Shown here: positions 1 to 8,739 of the stretch, piece by piece
How positions within the stretch are numbered: the stretch's first letter is position 1
Layout: each line of letters starts with the position of its first letter
DNA from: Erwinia phage Snitter
Reading direction: 5' to 3' (one strand)
Sequence record: MZ333132.1
Length of the DNA stretch: 51,545 nt
Program-made: the position numbers and the translations under genes
Notes under the pieces: generated by a model
The model's input: only the letters and a program-made list of their open reading frames with translations
What the model was told of the DNA's origin: nothing
Database searches by the model: none

Positions 1-153
1 CAGATCTCATCCCCCTCATAAGAGATAGCTAACGATTGAATAGCACACGATACAATCGACCGCGATTAAGTAGCGCACTATCTTATTGCTCACTATCTTA
101 TCGCGCATTATCGTTTACGATCTGGTAATGGATTAGGGGCGTAACTCACTGAA

Positions 154-196
154 TAGCACGAATTGCCTAACCAGTCAGCGGGTAAGCTGGTATTCT
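154..196 (+). promoter_or_regulatory. Dyad + 22 bp + TATTCT element
   Basis: TAGCACGAATTGCCT-N22-TATTCT upstream of 228..560. Confidence 0.7.
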
Positions 197-227
197 CATT
201 GCATCGGAACACAAGGAGATCGGCACA

Positions 228-560
228 ATGAATCACTCACTCATCACGACAGATTGCAGGCCTGGGAGCGTTGTTTACTATCATGGCTCATGCACGGCTG
301 CGGGTATTGGGTCGATGATTGTGCCTCCGGTTGAGTCTGGTGTTCTGTCTGAGGATGGGCGCAAGAAGAATCTTGATCGGGTGTTCTTCACTACGGATAT
401 TGGCCTTGCCAGGATTTATGCGGGAAGGGCTGCGCGGTCAGTTGGTGGCGATCCGGTTCTGTTCCGGGTTGTGGCTCCTGTCGATACCGTTTGCATGAAT
501 GACACGGCGGGCGCGAGCGTTTATCATGCGGCGTGGGCATTTTGCGAGGCGATCGATTAA
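228..560 (+). CDS. Small Arr-like (rifampin ADP-ribosyltransferase-type) fold protein candidate
   Basis: 110 aa; aagGAG upstream of ATG; N-terminal VYYHGS, central RVFFTTDIGLARIYAGRAA, then PVLFRVVAPVD. This resembles the FYHGT / IYFSA..A..A / YIYIVEP order of Arr enzymes. Confidence 0.55.
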   Translation: MNHSLITTDCRPGSVVYYHGSCTAAGIGSMIVPPVESGVLSEDGRKKNLDRVFFTTDIGLARIYAGRAARSVGGDPVLFRVVAPVDTVCMNDTAGASVYHAAWAFCEAID

Positions 561-603
561 TAGCACGAAAAGACAAACAGCTATCCATCAAACCTGGTAT
601 AGT
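561..603 (+). promoter_or_regulatory. Dyad + 22 bp + TATAGT element
   Basis: TAGCACGAAAAGACA-N22-TATAGT upstream of 632..1111. Confidence 0.65.
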
Positions 604-631
604 CACTGCATACAAACAACGAGGTGTCCAA

Positions 632-1111
632 ATGAAAAAGAAATTCGTTCCGCGCAGCAAGGCGCACAATGTCAAGGTTTCTCTGAGCGTGTTCCCTACT
701 CACATTACGTACGCGAGTGTTCTGGCGTATGACCTGGTTCCCGGCGACACGTTCTGGTTTAACGATCTCGGCGCTAAGGTTCTTGAGCAGGCTCGTTTCA
801 TTCCGGGCAAACGTTGCGAAGTGGATGGCTCGAAACCCATGTATCGCCTGACTGGTAAAAATGCGGATGGTTCCGCGTTCGATACGCTCATTCACTTCAG
901 TCAGCTGGTCACGGTCAAGATAAAGGCAACTCACGTCGTTCGCTTCATCGGTGGCGAGCAACTATTCGGTGCCGCACCTTACAGCCAAATGGCTCGTTCC
1001 GGCGCTCTGAAACTTCGAATGACAGATGATCTGTTCTTCGTGGCTGACAATTACGGCAACGTCCGCTTGCTCAACCTGGGTAGTGAGATCGAGATCGTTA
1101 AGGCGCTATGA
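632..1111 (+). CDS. Hypothetical protein (160 aa)
   Basis: ORF 533..1111 with start moved to ATG 632 (MKKKFVPRSK), preceded by gaggtg. The upstream part of the ORF overlaps a promoter-like element. Confidence 0.6.
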   Translation: MKKKFVPRSKAHNVKVSLSVFPTHITYASVLAYDLVPGDTFWFNDLGAKVLEQARFIPGKRCEVDGSKPMYRLTGKNADGSAFDTLIHFSQLVTVKIKATHVVRFIGGEQLFGAAPYSQMARSGALKLRMTDDLFFVADNYGNVRLLNLGSEIEIVKAL

Positions 1112-1341
1112 TGAAAAGACGCCGCCAGACAACATGCACTTGTGATGCCTATGATTTCCCGCATCGGTTCGGCGGCGGTAGATGTGACGGCATCGCGATC
1201 GTAATGCTATATGCAGGCTCGTCGGCCTGCTTTAATTGCCACCTGAACAACAACGGTTGCGAGGTAATCAAGGGTCAGGAAAGCCCCAAAGAATGCCCGC
1301 ACGTAATCGAATTTTGTCACTACAACGAGATAAAACTATGA
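1108..1341 (+). CDS. Small Cys/His-rich hypothetical protein
   Basis: ATGA overlap with previous gene; several Cys/His (CTCDAYDF, CFNCHLNNNGC, ECPHVIEFCH). Confidence 0.55.
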   Translation: MMKRRRQTTCTCDAYDFPHRFGGGRCDGIAIVMLYAGSSACFNCHLNNNGCEVIKGQESPKECPHVIEFCHYNEIKL

Positions 1342-1715
1342 AACAGAAAGCTATTGCAAAAATCAATAAGTCACCATATCGCATGATGTCTAATATTCAG
1401 TACCCTATTATCGTCAGTGTTGAGCGCAAGGGTAATTTTGATAACTGGTGTATTAGTGATGAGATGATGTCGGCTCTCATTCATGAGGCTGAGAAAATCA
1501 GCAAAGAGCAAGCGGATGCGCTATGCGATACATCCAAAACGCCAGAATTCAGAGGCTGGCCGTTAAGTAATGGTTTCGATGATTTCGAGATTGTACCAGG
1601 CACTGACTTTCCAGAGCCGCCAAAGACTGACCGCGCCGATTACACCCCGATCATTGCGACGGCTGTAGCGCTCGCTGTTCTGCTGGCGGTGTCAGCATAC
1701 CGCATCTTCTTCTAA
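1338..1715 (+). CDS. Hypothetical protein with C-terminal transmembrane segment
   Basis: Start at ATG 1338 (MKQKAIAK) overlapping the previous stop; C-terminus IIATAVALAVLLAVSAYRIFF. Confidence 0.6.
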   Translation: MKQKAIAKINKSPYRMMSNIQYPIIVSVERKGNFDNWCISDEMMSALIHEAEKISKEQADALCDTSKTPEFRGWPLSNGFDDFEIVPGTDFPEPPKTDRADYTPIIATAVALAVLLAVSAYRIFF

Positions 1716-1757
1716 TCAAAATCATGGCCGGGGAATCCTGGCCTTTCAGGTGGAAAT

Positions 1758-2432
1758 ATGTCAAAGGTAATTTTCTCTCTGTTCGATGGCTCAGGCATCA
1801 TGGGGCTGAAGTACGCTGAAAACGGCTACCAGGTTTACTGCTTCAATGCTGATGAGGGAAACCACGGCGAATACTCAATCAAGATGCAGCATGAAAACCT
1901 TCACTATGTCAATATATGGATTGATAACGATTTTGATGATAATCGCAAGGCGCTTGGCATTCCCGATCCCAATATGATTTTCGGTTTCCCTGATTGCACT
2001 TTCTTCGCTCAATCAGGATCTCAACATGAGCGGACGGATGGAGATATTTCAACCGCTCTTAGCAATGCAAAAATGATTGAGGCTTTGGGCGATAAATACT
2101 CATGCCCCTGGATGGTTGAAAATCCAGTGGGAAAGTTATCAACGTTATGGCGTAAGCCTGATAACTATTTCCATCCATTTGAATACGGCGATCACCTCGA
2201 TCGATACGAGCCAACCTATCACGCTAAGATGCCATTCCAGGACGGCTACACGAAGAAAACGTGTATTTGGCACGGTAACGGATTCGTGTTCCCGGAAAAG
2301 AAACCTGGTGAAGTCAATATTGGGTTCTTTTGGGGATGGAAGTATCTCGGGGGTAACTCTCCTAAAACCAAGATCTTACGCTCTCTTACTCCGCGTGGTT
2401 ACGCTCGCGCTGTTTTTTCATTTAACAAATAG
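1758..2432 (+). CDS. C5-cytosine DNA methyltransferase-like protein, compact, no obvious target-recognition domain
   Basis: FSLFDGSGIMGLKYAENGYQV (SAM-site-like), FGFPDCTFFA (variant of the PCQ catalytic motif), PWMVENPVGKL (ENV-type motif); 224 aa. Confidence 0.65.
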   Translation: MSKVIFSLFDGSGIMGLKYAENGYQVYCFNADEGNHGEYSIKMQHENLHYVNIWIDNDFDDNRKALGIPDPNMIFGFPDCTFFAQSGSQHERTDGDISTALSNAKMIEALGDKYSCPWMVENPVGKLSTLWRKPDNYFHPFEYGDHLDRYEPTYHAKMPFQDGYTKKTCIWHGNGFVFPEKKPGEVNIGFFWGWKYLGGNSPKTKILRSLTPRGYARAVFSFNK

Positions 2433-2472
2433 CACTAATTGCTAAACCCTGATCATCTCATCGGGGTATAGT
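2430..2472 (+). promoter_or_regulatory. Dyad + 22 bp + TATAGT element, with stem
   Basis: TAGCACTAATTGCTA-N22-TATAGT; stem CCCTGAT..ATCGGGG; dyad starts in the TAG stop of 1758..2432. Confidence 0.8.
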
Positions 2473-2515
2473 TGTTTCATCAGCAAGGCCAATCAATTAA
2501 ATAAAGGGTAATAAC

Positions 2516-2953
2516 ATGTCTATTATTAAACTGAAGGTTACTAAAGTATTTGGCGAGTCACCTGAGTTGCGCGAAAACCGCTTATTCCGTGGCAACGTTG
2601 ACAAGGAAGGTAATATTTCCTTCATGATGTACAACCACGCGGAAAATAAAAAGAAGCGCGTTATGGTTTCACAGGGTGTATGCGGTGAGCTTTATATTGC
2701 AAATGGTAGTGACGTCGTTGCTACTCTGCTCGCAATTAAAACAAAGACAATCCTTTGCACGTATGTAGACCATTCCAACCCATTAAAGAAAATGTTCACT
2801 CTCGGTGTTCGCTATCAGATTGAGGATGGTCGCGCCCTGGGTTCGGTAGCTGGCTATGTCTTCGATAAAGAGGGGGATCGCTGGACGCTTTACCGCGAAG
2901 AGGTTGGTTTCTCTGCTGGTGGCATCGCTCTGTTCGAGGCTAAATATTCTTAG
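2516..2953 (+). CDS. Hypothetical protein (145 aa)
   Basis: Good start context (aaagggtaataacATG) and position in the + operon. Confidence 0.6.
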   Translation: MSIIKLKVTKVFGESPELRENRLFRGNVDKEGNISFMMYNHAENKKKRVMVSQGVCGELYIANGSDVVATLLAIKTKTILCTYVDHSNPLKKMFTLGVRYQIEDGRALGSVAGYVFDKEGDRWTLYREEVGFSAGGIALFEAKYS

Positions 2954-3025
2954 ATCCACCTGTAATTGCTTCCGGGAATTGTGTAATATGGCCTGATTAG
3001 TTTCAGGCCAAAGGAGAGTTAAATA

Positions 3026-4618
3026 ATGTTTCATCATCAAGACTTCATGAAGCCTCGCGTTTCAGCCGAACAAATCGTAGAAACCGCAAAGGCTATGAAA
3101 TTGAGCGCGGTTCGCGTTGCAATCCAGGCCAACGGATATCGCGACGCGTCAAGCTATTGGAACGATGTAAAGGAGATCGAAAGCGGGAATGATAAGTACC
3201 CGATCATCTCCCTGGGTAATGATATTGATGTAGTTGGCAAGCTGGCACGCAACGCCGCTAACTCGGTTCAATTCCCGGAATCATCAGCATACATGCACTT
3301 CATCGGATGCATCTCGGCTGCAATGCTTGGGCGCTTCACTGTTGAATATCATGGAACCAGTCAGCCAACGGCGCTTTACGTTGTGACCAGCCAGCCACCA
3401 TCAACAGGGAAATCAGCAATCAACTCCCTGGCGATCACGCCAATGATTGCCGAAACGGAACGCATCAACGACGTCCGCAAGAAGGAGAGAAAGCAAATCC
3501 TTGCCAAGATCTCAGCCTTGAAGAACGAGATGAAGGGAGAGCACGCCCCGTCTGAAATGGCTCGCATGTTCGAAGAGATGGACACGCTTGAGGAAAAGCT
3601 TGAGAAACTTTGCGATATCGTGTTCCCGGTTTCGGATACCACGCCAGAAGGTTTGGCGAAAATCAACAGCCGCCAGGGTAATTTCTCGGTTATCTCGGAT
3701 GAGGCAACGAGTATTAACAGCCTTCTCGGCATGACATACGGTGACGGATCGAGGAAGACGAACAGCGAGCTTGTTCTGAAAGCCTGGGATGCTGGTCACG
3801 TATCTATCGCCCGAGCCAATGCCGATAACAACATGAGCTTTGTCGCAATGGGCGCGATCTCAGTCATTGCTCAGGATGAAACGCTGTTCTCTATCATGCA
3901 GGCTGGCTCGCGTGGTATCGGTGTATCCGAGCGTTTCCTTTTGGTTCGTGAAGAGTCTTATCTTGGACGCCGACAGTTTGTCGATTCCAAAGGGGAAAGC
4001 ACTTACGAGGCGATCGATAAGGCGCTGATAGCTCAGTATTACAAGCTGATTAACGCGATCATGACTGAGTGTGATGTCAAGCTTGAAGTTAGCAAAGCTG
4101 GAATGAAATATCTCAACCGCGCACGCCAGGAGATGGAACCGCATCTTGCTGACGGCGGCAAGTATTCGCATACGATGTTGCGTGGTGCGCTAGGTAAGTT
4201 CGATAAGCAGGCAATCCGAATCGCGGCTGTACTTCACACTATCCGAAACTGGCATAGCGAAAACAGCAACGCGCAGAAGTCTCGCCGGATCGAGCTGGAC
4301 ACAATGCAGGAAGCGATCGCCATGTTCCATGAGCTGAGCAAAACTTACCTGTCCTCGGCTAACTCGGCTGGTCATGCTGGTGACGCGGCTGAGATGTCAA
4401 GACTAGTTGACGTGGTTAGCAAGCTTGGCAAGGGATCGCCAAAGGGTATGCCGAACATCCGCACGGTTTGCGAAATGGCTCGCAAGATGAAGCCTTTCGA
4501 TGGCCAGGCTGGAGTTACCAAAAGGATTAAGGAGCATCTTTTACCAATGCTGGAAGAGCGCAATTATGTTTGCGTTGTTGAGGATGTTGTGTATGTAAAT
4601 CCAAGGCTGTTGGGGTAA
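3026..4618 (+). CDS. DUF3987-type replication ATPase/helicase-like protein
   Basis: 530 aa; Walker-A-like SQPPSTGKSA near residue 130; AKGGAGAG SD before ATG. Confidence 0.65.
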   Translation: MFHHQDFMKPRVSAEQIVETAKAMKLSAVRVAIQANGYRDASSYWNDVKEIESGNDKYPIISLGNDIDVVGKLARNAANSVQFPESSAYMHFIGCISAAMLGRFTVEYHGTSQPTALYVVTSQPPSTGKSAINSLAITPMIAETERINDVRKKERKQILAKISALKNEMKGEHAPSEMARMFEEMDTLEEKLEKLCDIVFPVSDTTPEGLAKINSRQGNFSVISDEATSINSLLGMTYGDGSRKTNSELVLKAWDAGHVSIARANADNNMSFVAMGAISVIAQDETLFSIMQAGSRGIGVSERFLLVREESYLGRRQFVDSKGESTYEAIDKALIAQYYKLINAIMTECDVKLEVSKAGMKYLNRARQEMEPHLADGGKYSHTMLRGALGKFDKQAIRIAAVLHTIRNWHSENSNAQKSRRIELDTMQEAIAMFHELSKTYLSSANSAGHAGDAAEMSRLVDVVSKLGKGSPKGMPNIRTVCEMARKMKPFDGQAGVTKRIKEHLLPMLEERNYVCVVEDVVYVNPRLLG

Positions 4619-4620
4619 TT

Positions 4621-4959
4621 ATGTTCCTTTTAGACCTGTTCCGGTTCTGCGAGGCAAGGCGGTCATTCGATCGCCAGGAGTTGGCAAAATACATATTCAA
4701 CCATCGGGAGGCTGAGCGGTTAGCCAGGGCATCTGGCGTTAACGTCCGATCGTTCGCCTCAAGCGTCTCTAAGGAGTTTTTGTCACGCAACTGTACGCTA
4801 GGCTACCTTGACCTTGATAAGGGCATAGCGCATTGCAGAGGCTCTGAGATGAGGCCATTCGATTTCGAGCTGAGGACTCTAAACGGGCCTGATGATGATT
4901 ACATTTTCATGATGAATAATATAGGGGAGATGGATGATAGCGAGATCTTTGGAGAGTGA
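4621..4959 (+). CDS. Hypothetical protein (112 aa)
   Basis: Immediately downstream of the DUF3987 gene. Confidence 0.5.
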   Translation: MFLLDLFRFCEARRSFDRQELAKYIFNHREAERLARASGVNVRSFASSVSKEFLSRNCTLGYLDLDKGIAHCRGSEMRPFDFELRTLNGPDDDYIFMMNNIGEMDDSEIFGE

Positions 4960-5137
4960 GCTGGTTATCGATAACGTCATAGAGTGTTGCCAGCGCAACG
5001 GGATAAGCCAGGAAGCGCTATTCTCAGCGCTTATGACTTTGATTTGCAGTCACATGAGAGCAAGCAAGGAGACAAGTAGCGTGATATTTGATAGTGAGAC
5101 TGGTGAGGTTTTGGTTTCCGTCAACCTCTACACATAA
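4934..5137 (+). CDS. Hypothetical protein (67 aa)
   Basis: Overlaps the previous ORF; ends just before a bidirectional terminator. Confidence 0.5.
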   Translation: MIARSLESELVIDNVIECCQRNGISQEALFSALMTLICSHMRASKETSSVIFDSETGEVLVSVNLYT

Positions 5138-5164
5138 AAAAGCCCCCATTAGGGGGCTTTCTTG
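5136..5164. terminator. Bidirectional intrinsic terminator between convergent operons
   Basis: AAAAAAGCCCCCATTAGGGGGCTTTCTT. Confidence 0.85.
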
Positions 5165-5541
5165 CTTCGGTTAATCCAGACCAGAATAAGCAGCAACAGC
5201 AAGCATATTACGCCTGCCGCAATCTCAACCCAGAGGGGAGAATCGTTATTCCTGATCTCTATCCGGTCTGCCGTGATAGTCCCGGCACTGATGCTGCTGG
5301 CGCTAACCTTCTTCCCGTTTGAAGTGTCCAGGCTTTCAACCTTGGAGTTCTTCAGGTCATTTTTTACTTCACTGCTTGCGTCAACCTTTGACGACAGTCC
5401 AACACCCTGCTTAACGTTCTCAGCGCCAACCTGCGCCGTCACTTCTGGCTTGCTACCCACAAGGCCAGCAAGGGAGCCTAAACCCCCTGAGCAACCAGTC
5501 AGCGCGATGGCTGCGATTAGAATTACCGTGGCTAACTTCAT
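5149..5541 (-). CDS. Unimolecular spanin candidate (outer-membrane lipoprotein with C-terminal TM)
   Basis: N-terminal lipobox LTGC after a signal sequence; C-terminal [28 protein letters not shown]; next to endolysin and holin genes. Confidence 0.7.
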   Translation of the reverse strand: MKLATVILIAAIALTGCSGGLGSLAGLVGSKPEVTAQVGAENVKQGVGLSSKVDASSEVKNDLKNSKVESLDTSNGKKVSASSISAGTITADRIEIRNNDSPLWVEIAAGVICLLLLLILVWINRSKKAP

Positions 5542-6029
5542 TTCAATTCCTTAACGCAATATGCGTACTCTTCCGCACGCCGATTCAGCAAGCCGCTGGA
5601 CTTCACCTTTTTCTTAGTTACCGGATCTGTGAAGTAAACCCAATCGTAAAGCCTGGTGCAAGCGCCTTTGAGGTTACCCTTATTCAAATCCTTAAGCAGT
5701 GTCGAACTTCCGAAGTTTCCCCGGCCCACGTTGAAAGTAAAGCTGATTAACGCCGCCCGCATTGATGGAGGGATGTCAACCTTAACCTTGCTGTCTACGT
5801 ATTCCGCAGCGATCGTAACATGCTTAACCAAAAGCTTATTACATTCGCTCTTCGTGTACTTCTTACCCTTGATTACGTCCGGCCCGGTAATCCCGGCGCA
5901 CACTGTAGGCACACCAGCAATATCAACGTAAGGGGTAAACTCAACCCCCTCAACACGTTCGATTAGTGGTGTTGCGAATGCCAGGGTAGCAGCAAGTGCG
6001 GCTGCTGATAACTTAGTTTTGACGCCCAT
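5538..6029 (-). CDS. SAR endolysin (lysozyme, GH24-like)
   Basis: Weakly hydrophobic N-terminal SAR-like segment [18 protein letters not shown]; catalytic spacing E-8aa-D-5aa-T in [16 protein letters not shown]. Confidence 0.85.
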   Translation of the reverse strand: MGVKTKLSAAALAATLAFATPLIERVEGVEFTPYVDIAGVPTVCAGITGPDVIKGKKYTKSECNKLLVKHVTIAAEYVDSKVKVDIPPSMRAALISFTFNVGRGNFGSSTLLKDLNKGNLKGACTRLYDWVYFTDPVTKKKVKSSGLLNRRAEEYAYCVKELK

Positions 6030-6258
6030 TAGACCGCTCCAATGCTCTCAGGATATCGCCAGTTTTTAACGCCTGGTGAATCGCTTCACTGTCCAGTTTA
6101 ATTCGCTTGCTGTTACGCCACGAAAGAACCGCGCCGAACATGCCGAAAGCGATCATGAATACAAGTCCGATTGCTGCAATTGCCAACTGTCCAGAGGCTA
6201 CGCCGCCGACTGTTGTGCCACCGGAAATCCCGGTTAGAGTGTTAATGATTTCTTTCAT
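6013..6258 (-). CDS. Holin, P21-pinholin-like
   Basis: 81 aa; two weakly/strongly hydrophobic stretches ([35 protein letters not shown]), charged C-tail; directly upstream of the SAR endolysin. Confidence 0.75.
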   Translation of the reverse strand: MKEIINTLTGISGGTTVGGVASGQLAIAAIGLVFMIAFGMFGAVLSWRNSKRIKLDSEAIHQALKTGDILRALERSNGRQN

Positions 6259-6323
6259 AATAAATCCGTTTAGGTTAATTGAATAATTGATTATGCATAG
6301 ATAATACCCAAAAAATGGAAAGC

Positions 6324-6350
6324 AAAAAAGCGCCCATAAAGGACGCTTTC
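6324..6350 (-). terminator. Intrinsic terminator upstream of lysis cassette
   Basis: Minus strand AAAGCGTCCTTTATGGGCGCTTTTTT. Confidence 0.7.
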
Positions 6351-6387
6351 TCGTATGTTTCTGATTGATATATTTAATAACTGTTTT

Positions 6388-6597
6388 TTATGGTTTGACT
6401 ACCTCAAATCCAATGTAGTGCCCATCAACCGGGCAAGTAAGTCTTTCGCTATTTTCGCCGTAAACTCGGTAGTGCCCGCCGCCAAGGTACTCGGCCTGAT
6501 ACTCTTTGCCGACTACAAACGAAAATGCTTTTGAGGTGTTGCGAGTGCAGAGTAAAGTTTTCATTATTAGACCTTTCCAGCCAGAGTGATTACCCAA
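6388..6597 (-). CDS. Hypothetical small protein
   Basis: ORF; likely starts at internal Met (MKTLLCTRNTSKAFSFVVGKEYQ...). Confidence 0.5.
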   Translation of the reverse strand: MGNHSGWKGLIMKTLLCTRNTSKAFSFVVGKEYQAEYLGGGHYRVYGENSERLTCPVDGHYIGFEVVKP

Positions 6598-6674
6598 ACG
6601 AAAGCACCAGTAGCCATGATGCCGAACGCGATGCTTAAAGCGTTGAATGCGATGCTCTTGATTACTTTTTTCAT
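6567..6674 (-). CDS. Small membrane protein (35 aa), not in supplied ORF track
   Basis: ATG AAA AAA GTA ... GTC TAA = MKKVIKSIAFNALSIAFGIMATGAFVWVITLAGKV; preceded by GGGAG; downstream of a dyad/-10 element. Confidence 0.6.
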   Translation of the reverse strand: MKKVIKSIAFNALSIAFGIMATGAFVWVITLAGKV

Positions 6675-6712
6675 GGTGACTCCCGTTTGATGTTGTTCGT
6701 TTCGATGAATTT

Positions 6713-6755
6713 ATAATACCCGATCGAGCGACCGGGCATTTAACAAAAAGTGCTA
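6713..6755 (-). promoter_or_regulatory. Dyad + 22 bp + TATTAT element, with GC stem
   Basis: Minus strand TAGCACTTTTTGTTA-N22-TATTAT; stem GCCCGG..CGGG; dyad overlaps the TAG stop of the upstream gene. Confidence 0.75.
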
Positions 6756-7889
6756 TTTAAGCATTTCTGGTGAGATAGTCAGTCGGGACACTTCGCCGTA
6801 CTCTTTTGAATAGGTGATCACGTTCGCGCTACGGTTCGACAGCCAGCCGCCGCGAGATGCATACGCATCCTTCGCCGCCAGCGTCCGATGCTGCTCAATC
6901 ACCATCAGGTTGCTCTCGATCATCTTCATGTGGTGAAGGTGTCCGCAGTGGGCATAGTGATATTCAGCCGCTCCATATTCCTTGCGGAATTTTCCAACCA
7001 GGACGCTATCAAGCTTGCCCATATTGGCCTTGTGTCCGTGGTGGAAGAACAGCGCCGTTTTGCCGTGAGTCAACTGCTTGTAAACGTCCGCCTGGGTGTC
7101 AACAGTAACGCGGTCATTGCTGGAGAAGAAGAAATTGAACATCTCAGCCAGCCAGATCATGCCCGTCTCGTCGTGGTTCCCCTGGACAATCATCAGCGTG
7201 ACCTTTTCGTGTTTCTCAAGTGCCATTTTAACCACTTCTGCAATCATCTGGATCATGTATCGAACCAGCTTTTGATAGCGGGTGTCGGCATCCAGAACGT
7301 GACCGCTTGCCGGGGTAACAGCGTCCAGGCTATCGAAGTGAGCAAAGTCACCCAACAGGTTAATCACGCCGTGCTCAGCCGGGGGAGAAGTGTCGATTGC
7401 CGCCTTGAACCAGGAGTAGAAAAGGTCTTTGGCGATCTTCATATCCCAATCGTCGCCAGATTCCTCTTCCCAGGACAGCATCCCGAGGTGGTAATCTGAA
7501 ACGGTGTAGAGGTTAAGCAACTTCTCAGAAAGCCCTTCTCGTCTGAGCGGTACAATCTCGCAAGGGGTGATGTCGTCACACAGTGCGGTGATGGCAATTC
7601 GCAGCAATTCAAGTTGCTTTTCCTTGTCAACCTCTGACTTAATCCACTGCGTTTTCATCTGCCCGTCTTTACCAATCAGCGTGGACGTCCCTTTGATTGA
7701 GAATCCTTCCGGCGCGTATTGTGATGGCGTGTCAGACTTGCCATGACCATATCCCTTGCGTGCCAGCTTGGCCGATCTGGCCTCGACGCTGCGAATGTGT
7801 AAACTGTATTCCTCGGCGATCTGGCGAAGTGTCTTTCCTTGCGCCCGCTCTGCTAAAAACTGCTCGTCTGTGATTTTGGACTTTGCCAT
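6753..7889 (-). CDS. Metallophosphoesterase with N-terminal helix-turn-helix-like region
   Basis: DYHLGMLS, NLLGDFAHFD, VQGNHDETG, FFHHGHKA, HCGHLHH motifs; N-terminus FLAERAQGKTLRQIAEEYSLHIRSVEARSAKLARKG. Confidence 0.85.
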   Translation of the reverse strand: MAKSKITDEQFLAERAQGKTLRQIAEEYSLHIRSVEARSAKLARKGYGHGKSDTPSQYAPEGFSIKGTSTLIGKDGQMKTQWIKSEVDKEKQLELLRIAITALCDDITPCEIVPLRREGLSEKLLNLYTVSDYHLGMLSWEEESGDDWDMKIAKDLFYSWFKAAIDTSPPAEHGVINLLGDFAHFDSLDAVTPASGHVLDADTRYQKLVRYMIQMIAEVVKMALEKHEKVTLMIVQGNHDETGMIWLAEMFNFFFSSNDRVTVDTQADVYKQLTHGKTALFFHHGHKANMGKLDSVLVGKFRKEYGAAEYHYAHCGHLHHMKMIESNLMVIEQHRTLAAKDAYASRGGWLSNRSANVITYSKEYGEVSRLTISPEMLK

Positions 7890-7969
7890 GATTTAACCTT
7901 AGTGAATGATGAGATAAACGATTATAAACCCGAGCGGAACGGGCAGAAGAACAACGAGTAAAACGCGCA

Positions 7970-8215
7970 TCATTCCGCTCTCAGCCAAAAGGAAAGGCTT
8001 TCCATCTCTACAGGTTTATGAGTTTCGGATCTTAACACTTTGTTGTATGCGGGGGAATAGTAACATTTAACAATTCTACCTTCCACGGTTACAAAGCGCG
8101 TATCAACGAAATCAGGCGGAAGCCACTCTTTAACCGGGATTCTTCTCAGGCGTTCCCCGGCAAAGTTTATCAGCTCATACTTGGTGGCGTCGATGTCCAG
8201 ACCTGGCCTTAACAT
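7970..8215 (-). CDS. Hypothetical protein
   Basis: ORF in minus-strand operon. Confidence 0.55.
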   Translation of the reverse strand: MLRPGLDIDATKYELINFAGERLRRIPVKEWLPPDFVDTRFVTVEGRIVKCYYSPAYNKVLRSETHKPVEMESLSFWLRAE

Positions 8216-8469
8216 AATCGAACCTTCTTAGATTTCTCCCTGGCATCCTTCAGCGTGTCACTTAGGGCACCATTGAAGAACTGGAGTGATGGGATTGCCG
8301 GGACTCTGTGAACCGGGCGCGGGCGATCTTCGATATAGGTCATTTTACCATTGTAAATAATGGATATATCCTTTATATCGAAGTACTGGCTTATCAGCCT
8401 TATTTTTTCCTGCATCCCGGCTTCGCCTGCGTGCTTCCAGACCTCTGCCTTTCCGGTTTTAATTTCCAT
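8209..8469 (-). CDS. Hypothetical protein
   Basis: Start probably MEIKTGKAEV, within ORF 8209..8496. Confidence 0.5.
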   Translation of the reverse strand: MEIKTGKAEVWKHAGEAGMQEKIRLISQYFDIKDISIIYNGKMTYIEDRPRPVHRVPAIPSLQFFNGALSDTLKDAREKSKKVRLC

Positions 8470-8665
8470 AGATAAATACATCCTCTGAATTTCCACAGAT
8501 ATTGCGATTTTCTAAAACCTGGAATTCAGCGTAGCCCAAAGCTATTTTAAGCTTAGCCATTGCAATTGACCAGTCAAAATCACCGCCCTCTTTGCTGCCA
8601 ATATCTACCGCGCTCTTGGCAAAGTAACGAGCCGCCTCCAGCTCATCTGGAAAGAATACGATCAT
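8459..8665 (-). CDS. Hypothetical protein (68 aa)
   Basis: Start at MIVFFPDELE rather than the ORF start; the upstream part of the ORF overlaps a promoter-like element. Confidence 0.5.
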   Translation of the reverse strand: MIVFFPDELEAARYFAKSAVDIGSKEGGDFDWSIAMAKLKIALGYAEFQVLENRNICGNSEDVFIYGN

Positions 8666-8696
8666 TATTGAACCCCCCCATTGATTTGATGAAACA

Positions 8697-8739
8697 ATAA
8701 TACCCGCATTAAGCGGGCATTGTTTAGCATTTAGTGCTG
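8697..8739 (-). promoter_or_regulatory. Dyad + 22 bp + TATTAT element, with GC stem
   Basis: Minus strand CAGCACTAAATGCTA-N22-TATTAT; stem GCCCGC..GCGGG. Confidence 0.8.

Noticed and set aside
2430-2444. TAGCACTAATTGCTA resembles a sigma54 -24/-12 promoter (TGGCAC-N5-TTGC).
   Set aside because: The spacing between the -24-like and -12-like cores is 2 bp too short and the essential GG is AG in copies. The conserved TATTAT/TATAGT 22 bp downstream fits an activator site better.
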